Assembly: GCA_963826785.1 (NCBI GenBank)
Contig: CAWGYD010000006.1
Coordinates: forward strand, 928,001 to 992,000
DNA length: 64,000 bases
Source of the DNA: an uncultured delta proteobacterium
GTDB taxonomy: Bacteria > Desulfobacterota > Desulfobacteria > Desulfobacterales > Desulfosalsimonadaceae
Direction of reading: 5' to 3'
In this document: one piece after another, positions 32,350-41,509 of the stretch
Numbering within the stretch: position 1 is the first letter of the stretch
How the letters are laid out: every line of letters starts with the position of its first letter
Position numbers and translations under genes: made by a program
Notes under the pieces: model-generated
The model's database searches: none
What the model was told of the DNA's origin: nothing
Seen by the model: only the letters and a program-made list of their open reading frames with translations

Positions 32350-33114
32350 ATGCGCACCGCAGAATCCCTGATGGATATGGGTCACCCATTTGAATCGATT
32401 GCATCCGCCACGGACGGACCCGGCGCCAATCCGCTGGTCCGGATGTTTCGGGTGAGCAAGCGGTATGCCGGAAAGCAGGCCCTGGCCGATGTCACCCTGG
32501 ATATCGCGAGAAATGATTTTATCTTCATCACCGGGCCCAGCGGTGCGGGGAAGTCGACTCTGATCAAGATGCTGTACCTGGGGGAAAAGATCTCGACCGG
32601 TTCCATCCTGATCGACGGGGTGAACCTGGCCCGGATCACCCCGAAACAGGTTCCGCAGCTGAGACGCAAATTCGGCATCATCTTTCAGGATTTCAAGTTG
32701 ATCCCCGGCCGGACTGTGTACGAAAACGTCTCTTTGGTGCTGGAGGTGGCGGGGGTGCGGCCGGCGGAAATCCGGCCCCGGGTGGAGGCCGCCCTGATCC
32801 GGGTGGGCATTGCCGATAGGGCCGATGCGTTTCCGCAGATCCTTTCCGGCGGGGAAAAGCAGCGGGTGGCGGTGGCCCGGGCCATGGTGGGGGAGCCCAT
32901 GATCGTCCTGGCCGATGAACCCACCGGTAGTCTGGATCCGGATTCGGCCCAGGTGATATTCGACATGTTCAAGTCCGTCCACGCCGCCGGGACCACCGTG
33001 ATCATCGCCACCCACGACAGGGACATGATCCGGTCGTATCCGGCCAGGATCATCCGGCTGGAAGACGGCCGGTTAACGGACGAATTCGATTTTCAGCAGG
33101 TGAGCGCATCATGA
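32350..33114 (+). CDS. ftsE: Cell division ATP-binding protein FtsE
   Basis: GPSGAGKST, IFQDFKL, LSGGEKQRVAVARA, ADEPTG, ATHD; true start may lie downstream. Confidence 0.93.
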   Translation: MRTAESLMDMGHPFESIASATDGPGANPLVRMFRVSKRYAGKQALADVTLDIARNDFIFITGPSGAGKSTLIKMLYLGEKISTGSILIDGVNLARITPKQVPQLRRKFGIIFQDFKLIPGRTVYENVSLVLEVAGVRPAEIRPRVEAALIRVGIADRADAFPQILSGGEKQRVAVARAMVGEPMIVLADEPTGSLDPDSAQVIFDMFKSVHAAGTTVIIATHDRDMIRSYPARIIRLEDGRLTDEFDFQQVSAS

Positions 33115-33989
33115 TGCCGGCGCTCAGGCGTGCATTCCGGGATTTAAAGCGCCATGCGTTTCTGCAGATTCTCTGCGGGGCCACCATTGCCCTGTCGGTG
33201 TTTATCGTTAGCGCATTTTTGCTGTTTTACATCAATGCCACCGACCTGCTGGATGCCTGGAAAAAGGGCGTGCGGATGATCGTCTACCTCGAGGAAAACA
33301 CCCCCCCGGACCGGCAGGACTTCCTCATGAAGACCATCGGTTCATACGGTGGCGTGGCGGGGGTGACGTTTGTTTCCGGGAAGAGCGCCTTTGAGGATCT
33401 GAAATCTAAAATCGGGGGTCAGTCCTCCATCCTGGAGGGCCTGGAAGGCAGCCCCCTGCCGGATGCAATTGAAATCCGGCTGATGGATGACATGCGGGAT
33501 ATGGCGGCCATCGAGGACCTGGCCACGAAATTATCGGCCCTGTCGTCGGTGGAGGATGTGGAATACGCCCAGAAATGGCTGCTGCGATTTACCGGCGTTT
33601 ATAACCTGTTCAAATTTACCGGTCTGGTGCTGGCCGGGATGTTTTTCATCGCCACGCTGCTGATCGTGGCCAATACCATCCGCATGATCATGTATGCCCG
33701 GCAGGAAGAGATCCAGATCATGCGGATCGTAGGGGCCACGGAAAGCTTCATCCAGTATCCGCTCTTTTTCGAATCGCTGATGCAGGGGCTGGCGGGATCG
33801 GTGGCCGGCATTTCGCTGCTTTATGCGGCCTACGTCCTCACCATGCCCAGATTCGAACAAACCATGATGTTCTCTTTTTTCAACGTCCAGTTTATTCCCC
33901 TGACGTTTACCATTGGCATCATCGTTTGCAGCATGGTGATCGGGTGGGTGGGGTGCTGGTTTTCCATCAGGCGGTTTTTAAAGACATGA
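33111..33989 (+). CDS. ftsX: Cell division permease FtsX
   Basis: Four TM segments, PLPDA, NTIR..AR.EEIQIMRIVGAT..FI..P. Confidence 0.93.
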   Translation: MMPALRRAFRDLKRHAFLQILCGATIALSVFIVSAFLLFYINATDLLDAWKKGVRMIVYLEENTPPDRQDFLMKTIGSYGGVAGVTFVSGKSAFEDLKSKIGGQSSILEGLEGSPLPDAIEIRLMDDMRDMAAIEDLATKLSALSSVEDVEYAQKWLLRFTGVYNLFKFTGLVLAGMFFIATLLIVANTIRMIMYARQEEIQIMRIVGATESFIQYPLFFESLMQGLAGSVAGISLLYAAYVLTMPRFEQTMMFSFFNVQFIPLTFTIGIIVCSMVIGWVGCWFSIRRFLKT

Positions 33990-35395
33990 TCCGTCGCCTC
34001 CGTGATGCGTTCAACCTGCTGTTGGTGTGGGGGGTGGTTGCCTGGTGGATTCTGATGCTTTTATCTCCGGTGCGCGCATCGTGCATGGAAAGCCGGGAGG
34101 TGGGGGTGATCAACGTCGACCGGCTGAACATGCGGACCGCCCCCGGCCTGTCTTATCCCGTGATCAAGGTGCTGGGCAGGGATACCCGGGTGCGGGTGAT
34201 GGCGCATACCGGCGAGTGGCTGAAGGTTGATCACGAAGGCGATGTCGGCTTCATCAGCGGCAGTAGCGAGTATGTGAGCATTTACACCATCCACACCATT
34301 ACCGATGATCATCGGACAGACCTGGAGACGGCCCGGGAAAAGGCTGAAGGCATCCACCAGGAAATCAAGGCCAAAGAATCGGACCTGTCGGCTTTCAGCC
34401 GCCAGGAAAAGCAGATCCTCAGCCGGATGCAGGAGATCGATGTTCAGCTGAACCGGACCCGGCGGGAAGCATCTGAAATCAAGACGGAACTGGCCGTAAC
34501 CGCCACCGGCCTTGCGGATCTGGAGGTCGATGTCGCATCATTACAAAAGGAAATCGATGCCGGCCGGGAGTATGCGATCAAGCGGATGACCGCCCTTTAC
34601 AAGCTCAACATGCTGGGGGAAATGAACCTTTTGGCCTCCGCCACCTCCTTGAGCGACCTGATGAAGCAGCAATCGGCGATGGAACGGATTTTATCCCGCG
34701 ACTACAGCTTGATTTCGAAGCTGGTGGGCCGAAAAGAAAAACAGGCGGCCCTGCTTCACCGGCTCAGTACGGAGAAGGCCAGAATGCAGGATCTTCAAAA
34801 TGACTACGCGGCGACGATTGCGCGGCTGGCTGCGGAAAAGAAGGAGCGGGAAAGCGTCCTTTTGGAGATCAAAACCCAGAAAACCAACCGTATGGCCGCC
34901 ATCAAGTATTTGAAACAGGCCGCACTGCACCTGGACCAGACCATTTCCCAGCTGAGTACGCCGGCGCCGGACGTCAAAAATAAAACCTCTTTTGCCGCAT
35001 ATCAGGGGTTGCTAAAAAAGCCTGTTGAAGGTAAAGTCACCTTTTCTTATGGAAAATATGTGGATCCGCAGTCCGGGGTGGCCAACTTTCATAACGGTAT
35101 TGAAATACAGGCAGAGCGCGGCGCGCCCGTTCGGGCAGTCTTTTCGGGGCAGACGATTTTTTCCAGCTGGTTGAAGGGTTATGGCAATGTGATTATCATT
35201 GCCCACGGTGACAGCTACCACACCGTCTATGCGCACGCGGATGAACTGTTCCGGGCAAAGGGCGAACGCGTGGAAGCGGGCGAGGTGATCGCCACCGTGG
35301 GGGATACCGGCGCCCTGAACGGACCTTCCCTGTATTTTGAAATCCGTTGTCATGGAAATCCTGTGGATCCGCTCAAGTGGATCAATAACAGTTAA
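33986..35395 (+). CDS. envC: EnvC-like murein hydrolase activator (SH3b + coiled coil + degenerate M23)
   Basis: LNMRTAPG SH3b domain, long coiled coil, M23 domain with HNGIE and SLYFEIR (Zn ligands altered); ATGA overlap with ftsX. Confidence 0.85.
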   Translation: MIRRLRDAFNLLLVWGVVAWWILMLLSPVRASCMESREVGVINVDRLNMRTAPGLSYPVIKVLGRDTRVRVMAHTGEWLKVDHEGDVGFISGSSEYVSIYTIHTITDDHRTDLETAREKAEGIHQEIKAKESDLSAFSRQEKQILSRMQEIDVQLNRTRREASEIKTELAVTATGLADLEVDVASLQKEIDAGREYAIKRMTALYKLNMLGEMNLLASATSLSDLMKQQSAMERILSRDYSLISKLVGRKEKQAALLHRLSTEKARMQDLQNDYAATIARLAAEKKERESVLLEIKTQKTNRMAAIKYLKQAALHLDQTISQLSTPAPDVKNKTSFAAYQGLLKKPVEGKVTFSYGKYVDPQSGVANFHNGIEIQAERGAPVRAVFSGQTIFSSWLKGYGNVIIIAHGDSYHTVYAHADELFRAKGERVEAGEVIATVGDTGALNGPSLYFEIRCHGNPVDPLKWINNS

Positions 35396-35410
35396 AAGGA
35401 GTAATATCGA

Positions 35411-36844
35411 ATGTCCGAAAAAATCAGGCAATGGCTGAAAAGCGGTCTCATGGTTGTTCTCATAGCGCTTATCGTCAGCTTCGCTACCGGTGTCAACGGC
35501 GACCTGACCCAGCCGCACGAAGAAACCTACGAAGGGCTGAAGCTTTTCAGCGATGTCATTGAAGAAGTTGAAAAAAATTATGTGGAACCGGTTGATCCCA
35601 ATGAATTGATACAAAATGCCATCAAGGGGATGGTGAACAACCTGGATCCCCATTCGGCCTTTCTCCCGCCGGAAGCTTTTGGTGAGCTTCAGACGGAAAC
35701 CAAGGGCGAATTCGGCGGCATCGGCATCGTGATCACCAAGGAGGACAATCGGCTGATGGTTATTTCTCCCATCGAGGGGACCCCCGCATACAAGGCCGGC
35801 ATCAAGGCCCAGGACACCATCATCCAGATCGAAGGCAAATCCACAAAGGATATGGAACTCTGGGAAGCCGTGAAGCTGATGCGCGGGGAGGCCGGATCTC
35901 CGGTTGAAATCACTATTTTCAGGGAAGGGGCTGAAGAGCCGATGAGCTTCACCCTGGTCCGGGACATCATTCCCTTAGACAGCGTGCGATTCGTGGAACT
36001 CAAGCCCGGTTACGGATACATCTGGATTACCAATTTCAGGGAAAATACGGAAGACGAAGTCAAAAAGGCCCTTACCACCCTTGAGGCCAGCAAAAATCCA
36101 TTAAAGGGGCTGATCGTGGACCTGCGCGACAATCCCGGCGGCCTTCTGGACCAGTCGGTGAAGGTGTCCGATCTTTTTCTGGAATCCGGCACCATCGTCA
36201 GCATCAAAGGCCGCGACGGCAAGGAGCTTGAAACCTATACGGCCCATCCGGATGCCTTGGCCAAGGATTTCCCCATCGTGCTGCTGGTAAACGGCGGAAG
36301 CGCCAGCGCGGCGGAAATCGTGGCCGGTGCGCTCCAGGACAATCACCGGGCCCTGGTACTGGGGACCACCTCCTTCGGCAAGGGGTCGGTGCAGACCGTC
36401 CGGCCGCTGCGGGACGGATACGCTTTGAAGTACACGATCGCACGGTATTATACGCCCAGCGGTCGCTCCATTCAGGCCGAAGGGATCAAGCCGGACCTGC
36501 TGGTCAAGCGGCGTCTTTTGGATGAATCCGCCGGCGACGGAGTGGATGCCAACATGCTCAAGGAGGGCGATCTCAAAAATCACCTGCGGTCCGAAAAGGA
36601 GTTGAACGGCGAGGTCGCGCCGGGAACCGAAAAGGACAGGGCCCTGGAAAAGGCAAAGGAAAAGCCGAAGAAGGAAAACGAGGCCGACGATGAAACCGAT
36701 ACCAAAAAGATCCTGCGGCTGCGCGATACCCTTTACAAAAGCGGAGAATCGAACCCGGATGCGCTGCTGATGGATTCCCAGGTCAACCGGGCCTACGAGA
36801 TCCTGAAGGGGTACGAGATCTTCAAAGGGTTGTCTTTGAAATAG
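35411..36844 (+). CDS. ctpA: S41 carboxy-terminal processing protease
   Basis: LDPHS, PDZ GIG, DLRDNPGG, SASAAEI, FGKGSVQ. Confidence 0.93.
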   Translation: MSEKIRQWLKSGLMVVLIALIVSFATGVNGDLTQPHEETYEGLKLFSDVIEEVEKNYVEPVDPNELIQNAIKGMVNNLDPHSAFLPPEAFGELQTETKGEFGGIGIVITKEDNRLMVISPIEGTPAYKAGIKAQDTIIQIEGKSTKDMELWEAVKLMRGEAGSPVEITIFREGAEEPMSFTLVRDIIPLDSVRFVELKPGYGYIWITNFRENTEDEVKKALTTLEASKNPLKGLIVDLRDNPGGLLDQSVKVSDLFLESGTIVSIKGRDGKELETYTAHPDALAKDFPIVLLVNGGSASAAEIVAGALQDNHRALVLGTTSFGKGSVQTVRPLRDGYALKYTIARYYTPSGRSIQAEGIKPDLLVKRRLLDESAGDGVDANMLKEGDLKNHLRSEKELNGEVAPGTEKDRALEKAKEKPKKENEADDETDTKKILRLRDTLYKSGESNPDALLMDSQVNRAYEILKGYEIFKGLSLK

Positions 36845-36869
36845 CTTTTATTTAAAAATTGATCCATAA

Positions 36870-36912
36870 GGGGCGCGAACAGAGATTTTTTCTGTTCGCG
36901 TCTTTTTTTTTC
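36870..36912 (+). terminator. Intrinsic terminator after ctpA
   Basis: GCGCGAACAGA...TCTGTTCGCGT + T-run. Confidence 0.8.
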
Positions 36913-37056
36913 GGGGTGGACGGCTGCGCCCGTGTAAAAGGGTAGACCCCGGTCCGCCTTTTCTGGTATAGGATCATGGCAATATCATGGATGCCATCAA
37001 GGCCGCTTTTTGCGGTCCTTGTCATTGCCCGCTCACTTTTTAATCGAATCCGTCAG

Positions 37057-38169
37057 ATGGCAGCAGAAAAAAGAGGCCGGCCCGCCGTTTCAAAAAAGGC
37101 GGCACCGAAAAAGAAGACCGCCCCGGCCCGGAAGGGCACGGCATCCAAAAATCCCCCCAAGAAGGCCGCCGCCAAGCCGAAGCCGAGAGCTTCTGCTGCC
37201 CGGAAAAAACGACCCCAGGCGACACCGCCGCCGGGGTTTAAGGCCCAATTTTATTCCCTCATGGTGACGCTCGTCCTCATTCTTGCAGCGGCGGCTGCGG
37301 GATATGTACTGCTTCACCCCCAGCAATCCCCCCTTCAACTGCTGCATCCGAAGACACCGGCAAAGACCGCAGCGGAACAAGCGGTCAAACCGCTCAAAAT
37401 CACCCAGTTCAAGAAGCCGGAGTTTGAAATCTTTCCCATAGAGCCTATCCCGCCCCGAAAGTCGAGCCTTTCGGAAAAGCCCGTGGCGATTCCCGAGGAC
37501 CGCCTCCCCAAGGTGGCCCTGATAATTGATGATCTGGGATACAATCGGGAGACCGACCGGAAATTCATCAACCTGGGGATAAACATCACGTGTGCGATTC
37601 TTCCGAAAAGCGAATTTGGCGCGCAAACGGCCCGGCTGGCCGAAAAAAACGGTCTTGAAACCATGCTTCACCAGCCCATGGAACCCAATGAATATCCGGG
37701 GATCGACCCCGGGCCCGGCGCGCTGCTGGCCGCCATGGCGCCGGATGAGCGGATCGCCATATTGAAGGCCAACCTGGACGCGCTGCCCGGCATCAAGGGG
37801 GTGAACAACCATATGGGTTCGAAGCTGACCACCCTGTCCGATGAGATGAACCAGGTCTTCACCGTTTTGAAACAGCGCAGGCTCTTTTTCATCGACAGCC
37901 GGACCACAGCCGCCACCCAGACCCGGTCATCGGCCCGGCTGTTCAAGGTGCCCTTTGCCGAACGCGATGTGTTTATCGATCATGTCCGCACCAGAGAATC
38001 GATTCGAAAACAGATCGAGGCGTTAATCAATATCGCCCAGATTAATGGCCGGGCCGTGGGCATCGGCCACCCCCACGAGATCACCTATGAAGTGCTAAAA
38101 GAGATGCTGCCGCAGCTGCGGGCCCGGGTGGAACTGGTCCCCGCCTCCAAAATCGTGGCCGTGCCCTGA
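37057..38169 (+). CDS. Divergent polysaccharide deacetylase (YibQ family) with Lys/Ala-rich N-terminal tail and TM anchor
   Basis: IIDDLG, LHQPMEP, NNHMGS, FIDSRT, RDVFID, IGHP. Confidence 0.88.
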   Translation: MAAEKRGRPAVSKKAAPKKKTAPARKGTASKNPPKKAAAKPKPRASAARKKRPQATPPPGFKAQFYSLMVTLVLILAAAAAGYVLLHPQQSPLQLLHPKTPAKTAAEQAVKPLKITQFKKPEFEIFPIEPIPPRKSSLSEKPVAIPEDRLPKVALIIDDLGYNRETDRKFINLGINITCAILPKSEFGAQTARLAEKNGLETMLHQPMEPNEYPGIDPGPGALLAAMAPDERIAILKANLDALPGIKGVNNHMGSKLTTLSDEMNQVFTVLKQRRLFFIDSRTTAATQTRSSARLFKVPFAERDVFIDHVRTRESIRKQIEALINIAQINGRAVGIGHPHEITYEVLKEMLPQLRARVELVPASKIVAVP

Positions 38170-38361
38170 GCCGTGCTTTTCCGCCCCTCGTTTTTCTTTT
38201 AAAAAATCATCCGGGTTATCCGCTAAATTTCATCAACGTCTTATTTGTGATGATTGATATTGATTACCGGGGGAAAACGGATGGCCGGGAAAAAATTCAA
38301 GGCATGATTAAGATTAGCGCAAGAGGGATAGTTAATCGATATGGATTGAAAAGGAGGAGCG

Positions 38362-39132
38362 ATGGACCTTCACCAGCGGGTCATGATCGTCACCGGCGGC
38401 GCACAAGGGATCGGCCGGGGGGTATCTGCCCATTTTCTGGAGCGGGGATGGCGGGTGGTCATGGCGGATATCGATGTCGAAGCGGGAGCCGAATGTGTGG
38501 CCGATTATGCCGAATATGGCGACAACCTTTTGTTTTTCGGAACCGATGTGGCAAATGAGGGTTCCGTTATCGACTGCATCGCGGAATGTGTGATTCAGTT
38601 CGGCCGGATCGATGCTCTGGTAAACAATGCCGGCATTGCCGATCCGCATGGCGCGCCGGTTTCCCAGTTGCCGCTTTCGGTTTGGAATCGGATTCTGAGC
38701 ACCAATCTCACCGGATGCTTCCTCATGGCCAAGCATGCCGTCCCTCACCTGCGCGGGGGCGGAGGGAGCATCATCAATATCGCCTCCACCCGGGCCATCC
38801 AGTCGGAGGCAGATACCGAGGCCTACGCCGCTTCCAAGGGGGGAATCGTGGCTCTCACCCATGCCCTCGCCGTATCACTGGGGCCGATGATCCGGGTCAA
38901 CTGCATCAGCCCGGGATGGATTGAAACGGGGCCATGGAAAAAAAACGAAAACCGGCAAGAGGCGCACCTGTCGGATGAAGACCATCGGCAGCACCCGGCC
39001 GGCCGGGTGGGCAGGCCTTCGGACATTGCCGCCCTGATCGATTACCTGGTATCGGATGGGGCCGGATTCGTCACCGGTCAGAATTTTATCATCGACGGCG
39101 GCATGACCCGGAAAATGATCTATTGGCAGTAA
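38362..39132 (+). CDS. Short-chain dehydrogenase/reductase
   Basis: TGGAQGIG, NNAG, YAASKGG, HPAGRVG. Confidence 0.92.
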   Translation: MDLHQRVMIVTGGAQGIGRGVSAHFLERGWRVVMADIDVEAGAECVADYAEYGDNLLFFGTDVANEGSVIDCIAECVIQFGRIDALVNNAGIADPHGAPVSQLPLSVWNRILSTNLTGCFLMAKHAVPHLRGGGGSIINIASTRAIQSEADTEAYAASKGGIVALTHALAVSLGPMIRVNCISPGWIETGPWKKNENRQEAHLSDEDHRQHPAGRVGRPSDIAALIDYLVSDGAGFVTGQNFIIDGGMTRKMIYWQ

Positions 39133-39151
39133 CGGCCATTCATGCGGGGCG

Positions 39152-39784
39152 TTAATCGATCAGCTTATGCTTGAACGCATAATGCGTCAGTTCCGCGTTG
39201 TTGCTCAGTTTCATTTTCTCAAGGATTCTGGAGCGGTAAGTGCTGATGGTCTTTTCACTCAGGTTCAAGGTTTCAGCGATTTCCTTGACGATTTTTCCTG
39301 CAGAAATCATGCTAAATACCTGAAATTCCCGATCTGAGAGGCGTTCATGCGGTCGTTCGTCATGCTTGTCGTTCAGTGACCGGACCAGCTTTTCAGCCAG
39401 GGTATCGCTGATGTATTTCCCCCCGCTCGAAATTTTCCGGATCGCCGTGACCAGTTCATCCGGGGCGCTTTCCTTGGTCAGGTATCCGGACGCGCCGGCC
39501 TTCAGCACCCGCACCGCATACTGGTCTTCCGGGTGCATGCTCAATACCAGTATCGGCATGCGGGGCTTTTCGCTCTTCAGCTGTTTGATCACATCCAGGA
39601 CATTGGTCCCGGGCATGGTGATGTCGAGCACCAGGACATCATAATTTTTTTTGGAAGCCATCTCCAGAACTTCCCTTCCGCTTCTGGCTTCACCCGTCAC
39701 CGCCATTCCATGATTTTCCGTGATGATCTGTTTCAGACCCTCCCGGACGATGGCGTGGTCATCTGCAATCAGAATCTCGATCAT
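39152..39784 (-). CDS. Orphan NarL/UvrY-family response regulator
   Basis: ADDH, LDITMP, GASGYLTK; LuxR HTH LSDREFQV...KTISTYRSRILEK. Confidence 0.92.
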   Translation of the reverse strand: MIEILIADDHAIVREGLKQIITENHGMAVTGEARSGREVLEMASKKNYDVLVLDITMPGTNVLDVIKQLKSEKPRMPILVLSMHPEDQYAVRVLKAGASGYLTKESAPDELVTAIRKISSGGKYISDTLAEKLVRSLNDKHDERPHERLSDREFQVFSMISAGKIVKEIAETLNLSEKTISTYRSRILEKMKLSNNAELTHYAFKHKLID

Positions 39785-40186
39785 CAAACCCCTTTCCCCA
39801 TGCATGGACCCGGATGGCGGCCCGCCCTTTTCTGAGTGCGCAAAGTAGTTTCCTTAAAGGATAACCCCATTAAATTTTCCTTTACGGGCAAATTGAACAG
39901 ATGAGGCGCAATGAGCAGAATAGGGTCTCTTACCGTTTCTTTTCATATGAAATTCGATTCTGTTTGTCAATGAATTCAATTTTGTATTCCAATTGAATCG
40001 ATTCCGTTCCGTTATTTTGGGGAGCGTGCATTCCCGGGTGCAGAAAACTTTGTAAGACAAATACGGACAATGCGATGAGGAAAAACCTACAAAAATATCG
40101 GACAAACACGGATTTTATGAAAAGTCGTCTTCCACTATATAGAAAAGACACAAAGCGTTCATCTCAGAAATAATCACAGGCAAACC

Positions 40187-40858
40187 ATGCTGACCTACAA
40201 CCAGCTGAAACAGAAGTACGAGGCGCTTAAACAAAAATCTGCTCTCATCGAGCACTCGCTGAAGGAGCGAACCCGCTCGGAAGTCAAGTATCGGCTGCTG
40301 GTGGAAAACGCACCGGTGAATCTTCTGGTGATCGATTTGGGCGGCAAGATTCTGTTTGGCACACTTTGTCTGAATGGAAAGGCAAATCCGGAATTTATCG
40401 GAGAGTCGATTTTTACATTCATTCCAGCGCGATATCGCCAGAAAATGCGGAATAATCTGGCCTATATCGAAGAGACCGGCAAGAAGGGCCGTTTTATTAC
40501 GAAGCTCATGTATAACGGCATGGAGCGTTTTTATGAAATGCGGATCGCGCCGGTGGCGGTTGCCGGGAGCATTGTTTCCTATTGCATCAGCATCGGCAGA
40601 ATATCGGGGAAAAACCGGGTAGCCGCAGCAGCGGAATTATCGCAGGCCGATACCGCTGAAAGCAGCGAACACCCAGGTGGCGATCCGGTGGTGATATGCA
40701 GCCATTGCAAAAAAATTCAGGAGCAGGAAGGCGGATGGGACATGATCGAGACGTATCTGTTGAAATGCGGTCGATTGCCTTTCAGCCACGGCGTCTGTCC
40801 TGAATGCATGAAAACCTATTACCCATATCTCGGCGCAGGCCAGAAAGCAGTATCATGA
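40187..40858 (+). CDS. PAS-domain protein with C-terminal CxxC...HGxCPEC Zn-ribbon
   Basis: SEVKYRLLVENAP PAS entry; ICSHCKKI...W...FSHGVCPEC. Confidence 0.78.
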   Translation: MLTYNQLKQKYEALKQKSALIEHSLKERTRSEVKYRLLVENAPVNLLVIDLGGKILFGTLCLNGKANPEFIGESIFTFIPARYRQKMRNNLAYIEETGKKGRFITKLMYNGMERFYEMRIAPVAVAGSIVSYCISIGRISGKNRVAAAAELSQADTAESSEHPGGDPVVICSHCKKIQEQEGGWDMIETYLLKCGRLPFSHGVCPECMKTYYPYLGAGQKAVS

Positions 40859-41292
40859 ACTCAAAACCATCGCGGGCGGCCACGTTCAATATTCAAACAG
40901 AACCGGAAAATGCGGTGCCGGATCTCGGCCTTGAAGGGCCCTACGAACTCAACCCCATCATTATCGATATGGCTGTAAGAGAGCTTCTACCCGGCAATTA
41001 TGCCCTGGGCAATGTAAATGGTGAAGGGCATTTCAACGTCTGCTATGTGGGCCGGACCGATCGGGATTTGAGAAAGCAGCTTCGGTTCTGGTCCATCCGC
41101 AATCCCGGCTACAAATCATTCATGGCATCTTATGCGAAGAGTCCCGAAGCGGCCTTTTTGGTGGAATGCAGAAATTTTCATGATTTCGGCGGCTGCCAGA
41201 AACTCAAGAATGCCTTTCATCCCCGCCCTCCGGAAGGATCTGATATCCCCTGTCCGGTTTGCGGCGCCAAAGGGGGACCCCGCAGAACTTAA
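40855..41292 (+). CDS. Hypothetical protein, GIY-YIG-like with C-terminal CPxC
   Basis: PGNYALG...CYVGRTD..LR, AFLVEC, N..HP, CPVCG; ATGA overlap with the PAS gene. Confidence 0.65.
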   Translation: MNSKPSRAATFNIQTEPENAVPDLGLEGPYELNPIIIDMAVRELLPGNYALGNVNGEGHFNVCYVGRTDRDLRKQLRFWSIRNPGYKSFMASYAKSPEAAFLVECRNFHDFGGCQKLKNAFHPRPPEGSDIPCPVCGAKGGPRRT

Positions 41293-41509
41293 AGTCCTGT
41301 TCTTGAGATTTTTTTTGAGCGCAGCAGGCATATCTTCACTTAAAAAGCGTTCCTATCCGCCGGTAAAAGAGCGCATGGCGCCTCTTTGGAATTCATCTTC
41401 GGTCGTCCGCCCACAGGTTTTATTCCCTGTTTACTTCCCTGTCAAAATTTTGTAATCTCACCTTTTTTCTTTTTCCATTCCGCATACACCCCTATATCCG
41501 GATGATGTT

